Assembly: GCA_963826355.1 (NCBI GenBank)
Contig: CAWGWX010000015.1
Span: 1,400-65,399 of the forward strand
Direction: 5' to 3'
DNA: 64,000 nucleotides
Origin: Nitrospirota bacterium
GTDB taxonomy: Bacteria; Nitrospirota; Thermodesulfovibrionia; Thermodesulfovibrionales; SM23-35
Part shown: positions 1-8,141 of the stretch, one piece after another
How positions within the stretch are numbered: the stretch's first letter is position 1
How the letters are laid out: every line of letters begins with the position of its first letter
Notes under the pieces: model-generated
Databases searched by the model: none
What the model was told of the DNA's origin: nothing
Seen by the model: only the letters and a program-made list of their open reading frames with translations
Program-made: the position numbers and the translations under genes

Positions 1-1512
1 CTCCGACTTTGCAGCCCATCCAGTTCCACCAGGTTCATTCACAACCCCTGAAAGTGCCCTTTTAATAAGTTCGAGGGTTTCAGGCCTCACCCTCCCCTTT
101 CCTGAAAGGACTGGTATGGCATCTTTCACCAGTGTAGGCCTGTAGATATTCCCACCATTAGCTATTGCACTTATCATAACCGCCATCTGTATCGGAGTGA
201 CAGCGACATATCCCTGACCTATTGCTGAATTGAAGGTTTCACCAATATACCATTTCTGTTTTTTCTCCTCTTCCTTCCACTTTGTATTTGGTAGTATTCC
301 CTTCCGCTCGTTAACAAGTTGGAAGCCAGTCTCTTTTCCTAACCCAAAGCTTGAAGCGTAGTCGTAAATTTTGTCTATACCGAGACGTTTACCAACCTCA
401 TAGAAATATACATCACAGGATTCTACTAAAGCCCTGTGCAAAGACATCACACCATGCCCTTCTTTGCGCCAGCAGCCGAAATGCCACCTGCCATAATTTA
501 TTCCTCCTCTACACTCAACCTTTGTCTCAGGTGTAATGACTCCTTCTTCAAGGCCCGCTATCGCCGTAATGATCTTGAATGTAGATCCAGGTGGATACTG
601 GCTTTGGAGTGCCCTGTTGAGCATGGGTTTCTTGGTGTCTTTCGTAAGGGCTAACCATTCTCTATAGCTTATTCCCTTTGCAAAAAGGTCAGGATCGAAG
701 GAGGGTCTGCTCACCAGTCCCAGGATTTCTCCGGTGTCAGGTTTGATAGCAACAAGGGCGCCTGCCCTTTCTCCAAATGCTTCTTCAGCTTCTTTTTGTA
801 GATTAATATTGAGGCTCAGCCTGATATCCTCTCCCTTTATCGGTGGGTTCTCCCTTAAGAGTCTTATCTCTCTTCCGAGGGAATCAACCTCTATAACCCT
901 CTCACCGGGGGTGCCTCTCAGGGATTTATCAAAAAGCATTTCAGCTCCCCATTGCCCTATGAATGCATCTGGTGGGACATCCCTGAATGCCGGGTCTTTA
1001 AATTGGGACGGATTCGGTTTTCCGAGATAACCTATGAGATGTGAACCAATACTACCATAGATATATTCCCTGCTGGCGTCGACCTCAATGATAAGACCTG
1101 GAAAGTCAGATCTTCGAGATTCAATATATGCAACCTCATTAAAAGTCAGTCCCTGCTTTAGTCTTATGGGGGTAAAAGGGCTCAGTTCTTCTTTGTTTAT
1201 TTTTGCGAGTATCTCTTCTACCTGCACATTCAGGACTTTTGAGAGTAAATCAGTCTTACTTTTATCGAATTCTCCATAGATTATGGATGCGCAATAATAA
1301 GAGGAGTTTTTTACGAGGGGAATGCCGTTTCTGTCAAAGAGTATGCCCCGCGGTGCCGGTGTCGCTATTATTCTGAGCCTGTTGACCTCAGAGAGTTCCC
1401 TATATTTACTGCCCTCCAATACTTGTAACTGCCATAGCCTCATGATGAGAAGGAGAAAGACTACAATCACAATATAGCTTATTCTTAAGATTCTTTCAGA
1501 TTCCCATTTCAC
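1..1512 (-). CDS. mrdA: penicillin-binding protein 2 (peptidoglycan D,D-transpeptidase); C-terminal end lies beyond the window edge
   Basis: Minus-strand frame is open from GTG at 1512 to position 1, so it is absent from the ORF track (no stop in window). N-terminus VKWESERILRISYIVIVVFLLLIMRLWQLQVLEGSKYRELSEVNRL; active-site YPPGSTFKIITA (SxxK) at ~571-588 in frame; ESCDVYFYE motif. Lies directly downstream of mreBCD. Confidence 0.85.
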   Translation of the reverse strand, partial: MKWESERILRISYIVIVVFLLLIMRLWQLQVLEGSKYRELSEVNRLRIIATPAPRGILFDRNGIPLVKNSSYYCASIIYGEFDKSKTDLLSKVLNVQVEEILAKINKEELSPFTPIRLKQGLTFNEVAYIESRRSDFPGLIIEVDASREYIYGSIGSHLIGYLGKPNPSQFKDPAFRDVPPDAFIGQWGAEMLFDKSLRGTPGERVIEVDSLGREIRLLRENPPIKGEDIRLSLNINLQKEAEEAFGERAGALVAIKPDTGEILGLVSRPSFDPDLFAKGISYREWLALTKDTKKPMLNRALQSQYPPGSTFKIITAIAGLEEGVITPETKVECRGGINYGRWHFGCWRKEGHGVMSLHRALVESCDVYFYEVGKRLGIDKIYDYASSFGLGKETGFQLVNERKGILPNTKWKEEEKKQKWYIGETFNSAIGQGYVAVTPIQMAVMISAIANGGNIYRPTLVKDAIPVLSGKGRVRPETLELIKRALSGVVNEPGGTGWAAKSE

Positions 1513-1539
1513 TTTTATCTTCTCGTTGTTAGAGTTCTG

Positions 1540-2001
1540 CTACACTGTTTTCTGTATATCCTTTGGCTTCAGAAATAACCCTAAAGGTGCATTGACGAGA
1601 GATTGTATAATGGTTATGATAACAGCTGCTTTCATGCTAGCTGGCATTCTATCAAAGAAGCTTCTCGAAGCAAAGACGAGAGCATTATCGACTAATGTCA
1701 GGACAGATATACCGATAGTACCCAAAAGGGGTGTCCATCTGAAGAAGCTACCAGAAATAAAAGAGGAAAAATAACCAACGATGCCTTTACTCAGGAGATT
1801 AGGGCCAAGGAATGCACCTGAAAGGCTATCCTCTACGAAACCAATAAGGGAGCCGAAAAACATACCCTCAAGTTCCCCTTTCCTCATGCCTGCATAGTAG
1901 ACTAAGACAGCTGTGAAGTTCGGAACCACATCAAATAGTGATATCCTTTCCTTCATGAAAAAGGTAAAAAGGGTTATAACTATCCAGAGGATGTAAGTCA
2001 T
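1540..2001 (-). CDS. mreD: rod shape-determining protein MreD
   Basis: 153-aa polytopic membrane ORF. Its start overlaps the mreC stop by 4 nt. It sits between mreC and mrdA as in canonical operons, so the call is mainly positional. Confidence 0.75.
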   Translation of the reverse strand: MTYILWIVITLFTFFMKERISLFDVVPNFTAVLVYYAGMRKGELEGMFFGSLIGFVEDSLSGAFLGPNLLSKGIVGYFSSFISGSFFRWTPLLGTIGISVLTLVDNALVFASRSFFDRMPASMKAAVIITIIQSLVNAPLGLFLKPKDIQKTV

Positions 2002-2777
2002 CTTTTTATAATTGCCACCTCCTCAACCTTTGAATTATCCTCAAAGGGGGTTACCTCTATGTTCTGGAAAAGCCCTGCCCCCTTTTTATCGACTTTTGAT
2101 ATGTAACCAACGGGTATCCCCTGTGGGAATAAAGAATCCAGTCCGGATGTTATTACTATATTACCTATTTTTACCTCTTCTTCAGGGGGTATATATTTTA
2201 ACTGGCACTTTCTGAGGCCCATGCCAGAGATTATCCCCTCTCTTCTGCTTTCCTGAAGCCTTACAGCAGCAGAGAAATTCAAATCTGTAAGAAGGAGTAA
2301 ATATGAGTAAGAATTAGAAACTCCTGAAATCTTTCCAATGAGACCCTTTGGAGTTATAGCCGTCATATCTTTTGTTACTCCGTCAGAGAGCCCTTTGTCA
2401 AGAACGAAGGTGTTAGACCACTGATCTGCACCTCTTGCGATAACGCGGGCAGCTGTAACATATCCGTGGTCTTTTTCCTTTAGCGAAAGGAGTTCCCTGA
2501 GCCTCCTATTTTCAAGCAGGGCTTCCTGATACTTCTGCTGCTCTTCACGCAATCTATTGAGCTCTGCTTTTAATCTTGTGTTTTCCTCTTCCCTGATGAG
2601 CATCTTTTTAAAAGGGGAGGTGACCGAGTCTTTTACAGAATTCACTATAGCATGAAAACCGTTCAGTGTATTATTAAGGAATCTTAAAGGCAAGAGGTGG
2701 TCCTTTTTACTCTGGTAAGTCATCAAGCCAAGGGATAGGATAATAAAGAGGAGAAGCAGGAGCCTCTTCTTAGGCAT
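1998..2777 (-). CDS. mreC: rod shape-determining protein MreC
   Basis: 259 aa. N-terminal membrane anchor (LLLLLFIILSLGLM), coiled coil (LKAELNRLREEQQKYQEALLENRRLRELL), beta-rich C-terminal domain. Immediately follows mreB. Confidence 0.9.
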   Translation of the reverse strand: MPKKRLLLLLFIILSLGLMTYQSKKDHLLPLRFLNNTLNGFHAIVNSVKDSVTSPFKKMLIREEENTRLKAELNRLREEQQKYQEALLENRRLRELLSLKEKDHGYVTAARVIARGADQWSNTFVLDKGLSDGVTKDMTAITPKGLIGKISGVSNSYSYLLLLTDLNFSAAVRLQESRREGIISGMGLRKCQLKYIPPEEEVKIGNIVITSGLDSLFPQGIPVGYISKVDKKGAGLFQNIEVTPFEDNSKVEEVAIIKR

Positions 2778-2779
2778 TA

Positions 2780-3913
2780 CTAATTGAAAGCTACTCTTCT
2801 AAGCAACTCTAAATCATCAAGCATACTGCCGACTCCCCGGACAACAGCTGTGAGGGGGTCATCTGCCACAATGACAGGAAGCCCTGTGTTTTCTCTTATC
2901 AGTGAATCGAGCCCCCTGAGAAGGGCACCCCCACCAGCAAGAACGATCCCTCTGTCCACGATGTCTGCTGCGAGCTCAGGAGGGGTATTTTCGAGGATAA
3001 TTTTTATTGTATCAAGGATGATATTCACAGGCTCTACAAGGGCTTCACGGATTTCTTCTTCGGTGATTGTTATGGTCTTCGGTATGCCTGAAATGAGATC
3101 CCTACCCTTTATATCCATTGTTAATTTGTTATTCCTTTCAGCAGCCTGATGTACATCTTTTCTTTCATGCAGACCTGGCGTAAACTCGATGACATCGCTA
3201 TTGACAGTAGGCTTGAACTGCCTGCTAAGGACGAGCTCATTATCTTTTATATAGGCAGAGCCTATTTCAATCTTTATCTGTTCTGCTGTTCTATCTCCTA
3301 TCATGAGATTGTATCTGCGTTTGATATAGGCGATAATACCCTCATCCATCTTATCGCCCCCTATCCTTACGGCTTTACTATAAACTACCCCGTCGAGGGA
3401 TATGACAGCGATGTCAGTTGTGCCACCTCCGATGTCGACAATCATGTTGCCAGATGGCTCTCCTACCGGAAGTCCTACCCCTACGGCAGCTGCCATAGGT
3501 TCTCCAACCAGGTAGACCTCCCTCGCCCCAGATGCCTGGGCAGCATCCTTTACAGCCCTCTGCTCGACCTGAGTTATGCCTGAAGGTACTCCAATGATTA
3601 CCCTTGGTGATACAAAACTCCTCCTGTTATGGACCTTTTTTATAAAGTACTTGAGCATCACCTCCGCTGCATCAAAATCAGCAATAACACCATCTTTCAA
3701 TGGTTTTATGGCTATGATGTCTGAAGGGGTTTTACCAAGCATCTTTTTAGCTTCAGCACCAACGGCTATGAGTTTCTTATTGTCCCTTCTTTGCACGACA
3801 ACAGAAGGTTCGTCACATACGATACCTTTGCCTTTGACAAATACAAGGGTGTTAGCTGTCCCGAGGTCAATGGCAAGGTCATTCGAGAACCATCCAAGTA
3901 TATTATGAAGCAT
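2780..3913 (-). CDS. mreB: rod shape-determining actin homologue MreB, with an atypical ~35-40 aa internal insertion
   Basis: 377 aa. Actin-fold motifs DLGTANTLV, DIGGGTTDIAV, LAGGGALLRGLD. Colinear with E. coli MreB except for extra residues ~226-264. Confidence 0.97.
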   Translation of the reverse strand: MLHNILGWFSNDLAIDLGTANTLVFVKGKGIVCDEPSVVVQRRDNKKLIAVGAEAKKMLGKTPSDIIAIKPLKDGVIADFDAAEVMLKYFIKKVHNRRSFVSPRVIIGVPSGITQVEQRAVKDAAQASGAREVYLVGEPMAAAVGVGLPVGEPSGNMIVDIGGGTTDIAVISLDGVVYSKAVRIGGDKMDEGIIAYIKRRYNLMIGDRTAEQIKIEIGSAYIKDNELVLSRQFKPTVNSDVIEFTPGLHERKDVHQAAERNNKLTMDIKGRDLISGIPKTITITEEEIREALVEPVNIILDTIKIILENTPPELAADIVDRGIVLAGGGALLRGLDSLIRENTGLPVIVADDPLTAVVRGVGSMLDDLELLRRVAFN

Positions 3914-3939
3914 TCAGCCTCCCTGTTAAGGTTTCTGTG

Positions 3940-4350
3940 TCAGTAGTTGCTGCTCACTACCTTTGTCTTTGCAATCTCATCGCCGAGACGCATTCCATCT
4001 TTGCTCCCAAGCAGGACGATAAACTCAAAAACAATAACGATTACTATAAATATCCACCCAAGCCAGGGTATCAGATAGAGAAGGTATCCGATGCCGAAAA
4101 TACTATTTCTGAGTATCGAATCTCTGAATGAACAGGGCTCATTTGTGTCTGCTGAGACAACCCTGAGCCCGATGAGTTTTTTCCCTATGCTTCTCCCATC
4201 AAAAAGGCCATCCCCTATCAAAAGATAGGCAAGCCCTGCAAAAAAGCCTGCTTTCGGAATTACCTCTCCTACCGCTGCGATGATAATAAAGTCAAGGGTT
4301 TTGGCAATTGCTCTGAGAAGCAATCCTGCCCGTTTAAATTCCCCTGACAT
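3940..4350 (-). CDS. RDD family membrane protein
   Basis: 136 aa with 3 hydrophobic segments. GDGLFDGRSIGKKLIGLRVV resembles the RDD-domain core. Confidence 0.55.
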   Translation of the reverse strand: MSGEFKRAGLLLRAIAKTLDFIIIAAVGEVIPKAGFFAGLAYLLIGDGLFDGRSIGKKLIGLRVVSADTNEPCSFRDSILRNSIFGIGYLLYLIPWLGWIFIVIVIVFEFIVLLGSKDGMRLGDEIAKTKVVSSNY

Positions 4351-4407
4351 CCAAAATACTAACAGAAGATTCCTAAATTTTCAAGGGCACCCTGGCTCCT
4401 GTTTACA

Positions 4408-4491
4408 CAGTTTCTTGAGTTTGCTCAGTTTTTTGTGTTATAACCCGAAGAACTCAGTGAACTCAAGAAACTCAATAAACTCAACAAACTG
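4408..4491. repeat. 9-bp periodic repeat block: 3 forward GTTT-type units facing 5 inverted AAACTC units (imperfect long hairpin)
   Basis: cagtttctt gagtttgct cagtttttt ... gaagaactc agtgaactc aagaaactc aataaactc aacaaactg. Same 9-mer family as the arrays at 53.35, 57.9 and 60.3 kb. Lies in the divergent intergenic region just before the rdgB ATG. Confidence 0.8.
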
Positions 4492-4494
4492 AAA

Positions 4495-5094
4495 ATGGAT
4501 GTAGTCCTTGCAACAAGAAATAAGAAGAAAATCGAAGAAATGAAGAGAATCATTGCAGATTTATCAATCTCGATACAGACACTTGATGACTTTATAGGAT
4601 GCCCTGAGGTGGAGGAAGAGGGGGTGACCTTTGAAGAGAACGCCGTAAAGAAGGCACAAACCGTTGCAAGATATACAGGAAAACCTTCAGTAGCAGATGA
4701 TTCGGGGCTTGAGGTATATGTGCTGAATGGGGACCCGGGTACATTATCTGCAAGGTATGCTGGTGAGGATGCGGACGACAGAAAGAATATCGAGAAATTA
4801 CTATTTGAAATGCGTTCGATTGCTGATGAGCAAAGGGGTGCGAGGTTCGTATGTTGCATAGCCTTGGCATTTCCTGAAGGGAGCGTAAAAACATTCTTTG
4901 GATATGTGGAAGGAATGATTGGGAGAGAGCCAAGGGGCTTTCAAGGCTTCGGCTATGATCCTGTATTTTATCCAGAAGGATATAACAGAACCTTCGCAGA
5001 AATGACTGCGGACGAGAAAGATGCCTTGAGCCATAGAGGAAAGGCGCTAAGGAAGCTCCAAAGATATCTTCACGAGGGGGTAATTTTTGAATAA
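4495..5094 (+). CDS. rdgB: non-canonical purine NTP pyrophosphatase (dITP/XTP pyrophosphatase, RdgB/HAM1 family)
   Basis: 199 aa. VLATRNKKKIEEM, SVADDSGLEV, GFGYDPVF, ALSHRGKAL are typical RdgB motifs. Confidence 0.9.
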   Translation: MDVVLATRNKKKIEEMKRIIADLSISIQTLDDFIGCPEVEEEGVTFEENAVKKAQTVARYTGKPSVADDSGLEVYVLNGDPGTLSARYAGEDADDRKNIEKLLFEMRSIADEQRGARFVCCIALAFPEGSVKTFFGYVEGMIGREPRGFQGFGYDPVFYPEGYNRTFAEMTADEKDALSHRGKALRKLQRYLHEGVIFE

Positions 5095-5172
5095 TTTTAT
5101 TTCTAAATTATAAATTTACAATTCTTAAGAGGTCTGATAAGTAAATTTTATCTATCTATCAAAAATATGAAT

Positions 5173-5202
5173 TTGACCTTAAGGTAGCGTAATGATTATA
5201 CT
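5173..5202 (+). promoter_or_regulatory. candidate sigma70-type promoter upstream of adk (TTGACC-18-TATACT)
   Basis: TTGACC at 5173-5178 and TATACT at 5197-5202, ~100 nt upstream of the adk start. Sequence pattern only. Confidence 0.35.
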
Positions 5203-5309
5203 TCCCTGTTTTTAACGCTAGGTTACTTCTTTAATCTTTGTAATTTTTGCACCTACTCTCATTTTGGGTGCTTTCCTGTTTTTTAATTTGAAGGTCAAAG
5301 GGGGGGAAC

Positions 5310-5957
5310 ATGAGACTTGTTTTTCTTGGTGCACCAGGCGCGGGGAAGGGAACTCAGGCAAAGAAACTCGTCGAGAAATACAGGATTCCACAGATTTCTA
5401 CAGGGGACATCTTAAGGGCTGCTGTAGCAGCGGGTACACCTCTCGGGAAAGAAGCCAAGTCCTATATGGATAAGGGCGAGCTTGTGCCTGATAGTGTTGT
5501 CATAGGACTTGTCAAGGAGAGAATTGCCAAAGATGACTGTAAAAAGGGATACATCCTTGATGGCTTTCCGAGGAATACTGCACAGGCAGAAGTCCTCGAT
5601 AGGGTACTTACTGAAATGAAGGCCCCTCTTGATGCTGCTGTAGATGTTGATGTCGATCGGGACATCCTCATGAAGAGATTAACAGGAAGGAGGACATGCA
5701 AGAAATGCCAGCAGATGTACAACATATATTTTTCTTCTCCTAAGAAAGAGGGTGTATGTGACAAATGCAGTGGTGAACTCTTTCAGAGAGATGATGATAA
5801 AGAAGAGACAATCAAGAGAAGGCTTGATGTATATGACGCCCAGACAGCACCCCTTATGGATTATTACAAGAAAAAGGGGATACTGAAATCAGTCATGGGT
5901 ACAGGCAGCATTGATGAGATATTCAGTAAGGTTTGCAGTGTCATAGAAGGCAAATAA
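5310..5957 (+). CDS. adk: adenylate kinase (zinc-lid type)
   Basis: 215 aa. P-loop GAPGAGKGTQA, GFPRN, and lid CKKC...CDKC. Shine-Dalgarno (SD) sequence GGGGG precedes the ATG. Confidence 0.97.
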   Translation: MRLVFLGAPGAGKGTQAKKLVEKYRIPQISTGDILRAAVAAGTPLGKEAKSYMDKGELVPDSVVIGLVKERIAKDDCKKGYILDGFPRNTAQAEVLDRVLTEMKAPLDAAVDVDVDRDILMKRLTGRRTCKKCQQMYNIYFSSPKKEGVCDKCSGELFQRDDDKEETIKRRLDVYDAQTAPLMDYYKKKGILKSVMGTGSIDEIFSKVCSVIEGK

Positions 5958-5994
5958 GCGGTTGCTTATAACAAAATTAAAAGGAGGATAAGAC

Positions 5995-7273
5995 ATGGAA
6001 ATGATTGGTCATGGTGGCAAAGAAATTATTGAACGCGTAATGTCAAAAGATGCCGCGATAAAAAGAGTAGCTGAACTCAAGGCTGCAAAAGTAAAAACGT
6101 TAGATGTCCGTTTGCAGATGGCGACAGAAATAATCGATATTGCGTACGGATTTTTTCAGCCCCTTGGAAGGGTTCATGACAAAGGCTGACGTTGAGTCTG
6201 TCTGTAACAATATGCTACTTGCAGATGGAAAAACTGTATGGAGCATCCCTATTATCTATGATATCTCGAGCGAGGATCTCGAAAAATCCGGTATCAAGCA
6301 GTATGATGAGGTCCTTCTCACCTACACCGGGAATCCTTTTGCCATTTTTGATATCACGGATATCTTCACCTTGGACAAAAAAGAAGTGGCAATGAAGGTT
6401 TACGGAACTACTGAAGAAAAACATCCTGGGGTCAAGAGAACATATCAATATCAGGATAAATTCCTTGGTGGAAAGATCACCCTCCTCAACCCTCCGAAGA
6501 TAAACGAGCCCTTTACAAGATTCTGGCTCACCCCGAAACAGATGAGGGAAAGATTTAAGGAAAAAGGATGGGAGATGATCATCAACCATCAGACAAGAAA
6601 TGTTCCGCATACCGGCCATGAATGGCTCATGAAAGGTGCATACTTAGGAGCTTATGGTTCTATGATGGTAGATAAACCTCGTGGAGGAATTCTGGTAAAT
6701 GCGATGATCGGCTCAAAAAGACCGGGCGACTATATTGATGAGGCAATAATCCTTTGCCAGGAGGCTCAGGGTAAACATGGATATTTCAGAGAAGATATAT
6801 TTTTAACCACATGCACCCTCTGGGATATGCGATATGCCGGGCCGAAAGAAGCAATATTCCATGCATGCCTCAGGACCAACCTCGGCTGCACCCACCACAT
6901 GTTCGGAAGAGACCATGCCGGTGTTGGTACCTATTATGATCCATATGATGCACATAGGATCTTCGATAGACTGCCCAAAGGGTCTCTCAATATCACACCT
7001 ATTTTCAATCTCGACTGGTGGTTCTGCCCTGTTTGTGATGAAGTTACTTATATGGGTCTTTGTGGCCATAAGGATAAAAAGGCATCATTCAGCGGCACAT
7101 TAATCAGAAGCATCATACAGGATGGTGTCAAACCGCCTCGCCGTATCTTCAGGCCTGAGGTTTTTGACATGATCATGGAATGTGCTGAAAAGTACGGCTT
7201 TGGCAATGCGTTTGTTACAGAGGATTACCTCAAGAGGAGGAATCCTGTATTTACTATTGAACCATTGAAATAA
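5995..7273 (+). CDS. sat: sulfate adenylyltransferase (ATP sulfurylase), reading frame broken by one extra T in a T6 run at 6151-6156
   Basis: ORFs 5995-6189 and 6140-7273 join to ...IAYGFF/SPLEGFMTKADVESV... if the T6 run is read as T5. QTRNVPHTGHE (HxxH) motif present. Strong SD AAGGAGG before 5995. Confidence 0.9.
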
Positions 7274-7308
7274 AGACTCGAAAATGAAAAGAAATAAGGA
7301 GGGAAAAT

Positions 7309-7614
7309 ATGGCAGAAGAGACTTATCCAATTAACTTATGGATCAACGAAGAACGGCTCGAAAAACTTCAGGCAGCCGGTCTTGCAGGTATGTGTAAAGA
7401 AGTATTGGCAGGGTTAAAGGTTCTTGCTGTTCCCAACACAGCAGGACAGAGAGACAAGATTCTGAAAATATTCCCTATGGCAAAATTTGATACTGCTACT
7501 ACAAAAAGTATTGAGTTACTCCCAAAGGCAGTAAAAGACAAGATATTTGACCTTGTTGTTAGCAAAAAAACATTAAATGTTATGGATGACTTCATTAAAA
7601 CTGTAGAGAAATAA
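7309..7614 (+). CDS. hypothetical protein (101 aa) embedded between sat and aprB
   Basis: ATG preceded by AAGGAGGG. Non-repetitive, soluble-looking sequence. No family recognised by eye. Confidence 0.5.
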   Translation: MAEETYPINLWINEERLEKLQAAGLAGMCKEVLAGLKVLAVPNTAGQRDKILKIFPMAKFDTATTKSIELLPKAVKDKIFDLVVSKKTLNVMDDFIKTVEK

Positions 7615-7701
7615 CACAACGAAAGGAGGTGGAATGACGTTTCAGGTTTCAGTTGATACTGCTCAACTCTCAACTCATTCAATAAAAGGAGGTGTAGTTA
7701 A

Positions 7702-8121
7702 ATGCCAAGTTTTGTAATTACTGAAAAATGCGATGGTTGTAAGGCTCAGGATAAGACTGCATGCCAGTATATCTGCCCCCATGATTTAATGGCACTTGAT
7801 AGGGATAAGATGAAGGCATACAATCAGGAGCCTGAGCAGTGCTGGGAGTGCTTTAACTGTGTAAAGATCTGCCCTCAGCAGGCAGTCGAGGTAAGGGGTT
7901 ACTCTGACTTTGTACCTCTTGGATCCAGCACTATTCCACTGAGAGGAACAGAGGACATCATGTGGACAATTAAGTTCAGGAGTGGATTACTCAAGAGGTT
8001 CAAATTCCCCATCAGGACCACTGTTGAAGGTTCTGTTGATCCCTATGCAGGCAAACCAGAGCCTGATTTTGCAACAATCAAGAAACCTGGTTTGTTTACA
8101 AAGCCTGCAAGGACTGAATAA
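7702..8121 (+). CDS. aprB: adenylylsulfate (APS) reductase, beta subunit
   Basis: 139 aa. MPSFVITEKCDGCK...CQYICPHDLM...CWECFNCVKICPQQA gives two [4Fe-4S] motifs typical of AprB. SD AAGGAGG. Confidence 0.95.
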   Translation: MPSFVITEKCDGCKAQDKTACQYICPHDLMALDRDKMKAYNQEPEQCWECFNCVKICPQQAVEVRGYSDFVPLGSSTIPLRGTEDIMWTIKFRSGLLKRFKFPIRTTVEGSVDPYAGKPEPDFATIKKPGLFTKPARTE

Positions 8122-8141
8122 ATTAAAGGAGGTGAATATAA

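Noticed and set aside
351-1279. Plus-strand ORFs 351-536, 436-654, 734-1030 and 1088-1279 at the left edge.
   Set aside because: All are antisense to the open mrdA (PBP2) frame, which contains the in-frame SxxK motif.
4425-4859. 144-aa minus-strand ORF and other ORFs antisense to rdgB (4592-4933, 4801-5034).
   Set aside because: They are antisense to a well-conserved RdgB gene. The 5' part is a translation of the 9-bp repeat block.
6148-6160. Programmed +1 ribosomal frameshifting in sat.
   Set aside because: I recognised no frameshift-stimulating context (no shifty stop or rare-codon arrangement). Eight other single-base frame breaks of the same kind occur in unrelated genes in this window. 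Sequencing or assembly error is more parsimonious, but this is only testable with reads.
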